A stretch of 64,000 bases of DNA. Origin: Mobula hypostoma (taxonomy: Eukaryota). A program made the translations under genes and the position numbers. The notes beneath the pieces are model-generated. The model was not told the DNA's origin. It saw only the letters and a list, made by a program, of their open reading frames with translations, and did no database searches. The stretch's first letter is position 1. The number at the start of each line of letters is the position of its first letter. The stretch lies in the NCBI RefSeq assembly GCF_963921235.1, contig NC_086107.1:112408001-112472000 (forward strand). Direction: 5' to 3'. This document shows positions 63,701 through 64,000 of the stretch, one piece after another.

Positions 63701-64000
63701 TGCTGAGCTCCTCCAGCGTTTTGTGTATGTTACTCCGGATTTCCAGCATCTGCAGAATCTCGCGTCCCCTGTCATAGTCACGGAGGGATTGGGAGGCCAA
63801 GTCGTTGGGCATATTTAAAGCAGAGGTTGATGGGATCTTGATTAGTAAGGGCGTCAAAGGTTATGGGGAGAAGGCAGAAAAGTGGGGTTGAAAGGGAAAA
63901 TAATGCAGCCATGATCGAATGGAGGAGCAGACTTGATGGGCTGAATGGCCTAATTTTACTCCTATGTCTTATTTTAGGCCTGCAACTTTATTTCCCTATC

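Noticed and set aside
49100..64000. Upstream KCNC exons (T1 domain, S1-S6, the ..CFLL....DG.IRK exon)
   Set aside because: No matching peptide found by eye or in the ORF track; they probably lie beyond the window, though a short exon could have been missed.

Overview
Eukaryotic, vertebrate, very repeat-rich genomic DNA. The repeat repertoire (HE1-like V-SINEs, CR1 and Rex1/Babar LINE fragments, Penelope-derived repeats, elasmobranch-type 5S) suggests a cartilaginous fish, probably a ray (inference). The only host gene I can support is the 3' end of a Kv3/Shaw potassium channel gene on the minus strand (KCNC family; KCNC3 by elimination, tentative). It is represented by two alternative terminal coding exons, 48715-48851 ([10 protein letters not shown]...SPIPSIL*) and 47297-47361 (DNYKDSPVISRYMQLEAVTVN*). 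The core exons were not found and presumably lie beyond 64000. Almost all listed ORFs are transposon debris or microsatellite translations. Most notable observations: (1) a decayed coding-like segment in the KCNC intron (about 54340-54950, partial second copy about 52745-52860) resembling a negative-strand RNA virus nucleoprotein (candidate endogenous viral element; by eye, not searched); (2) many short Penelope-derived elements carrying minimal type I hammerhead ribozymes, four with intact cores; (3) a 5S rRNA pseudogene whose 3' end runs directly into a 5S 5' end; (4) a 99-bp TSD-flanked insertion with a perfect 32-bp palindrome; (5) a nested Chapaev3-like DNA transposon. Repeat boundaries are approximate unless TSDs/TIRs are quoted, and family assignments rest on recalled motifs.
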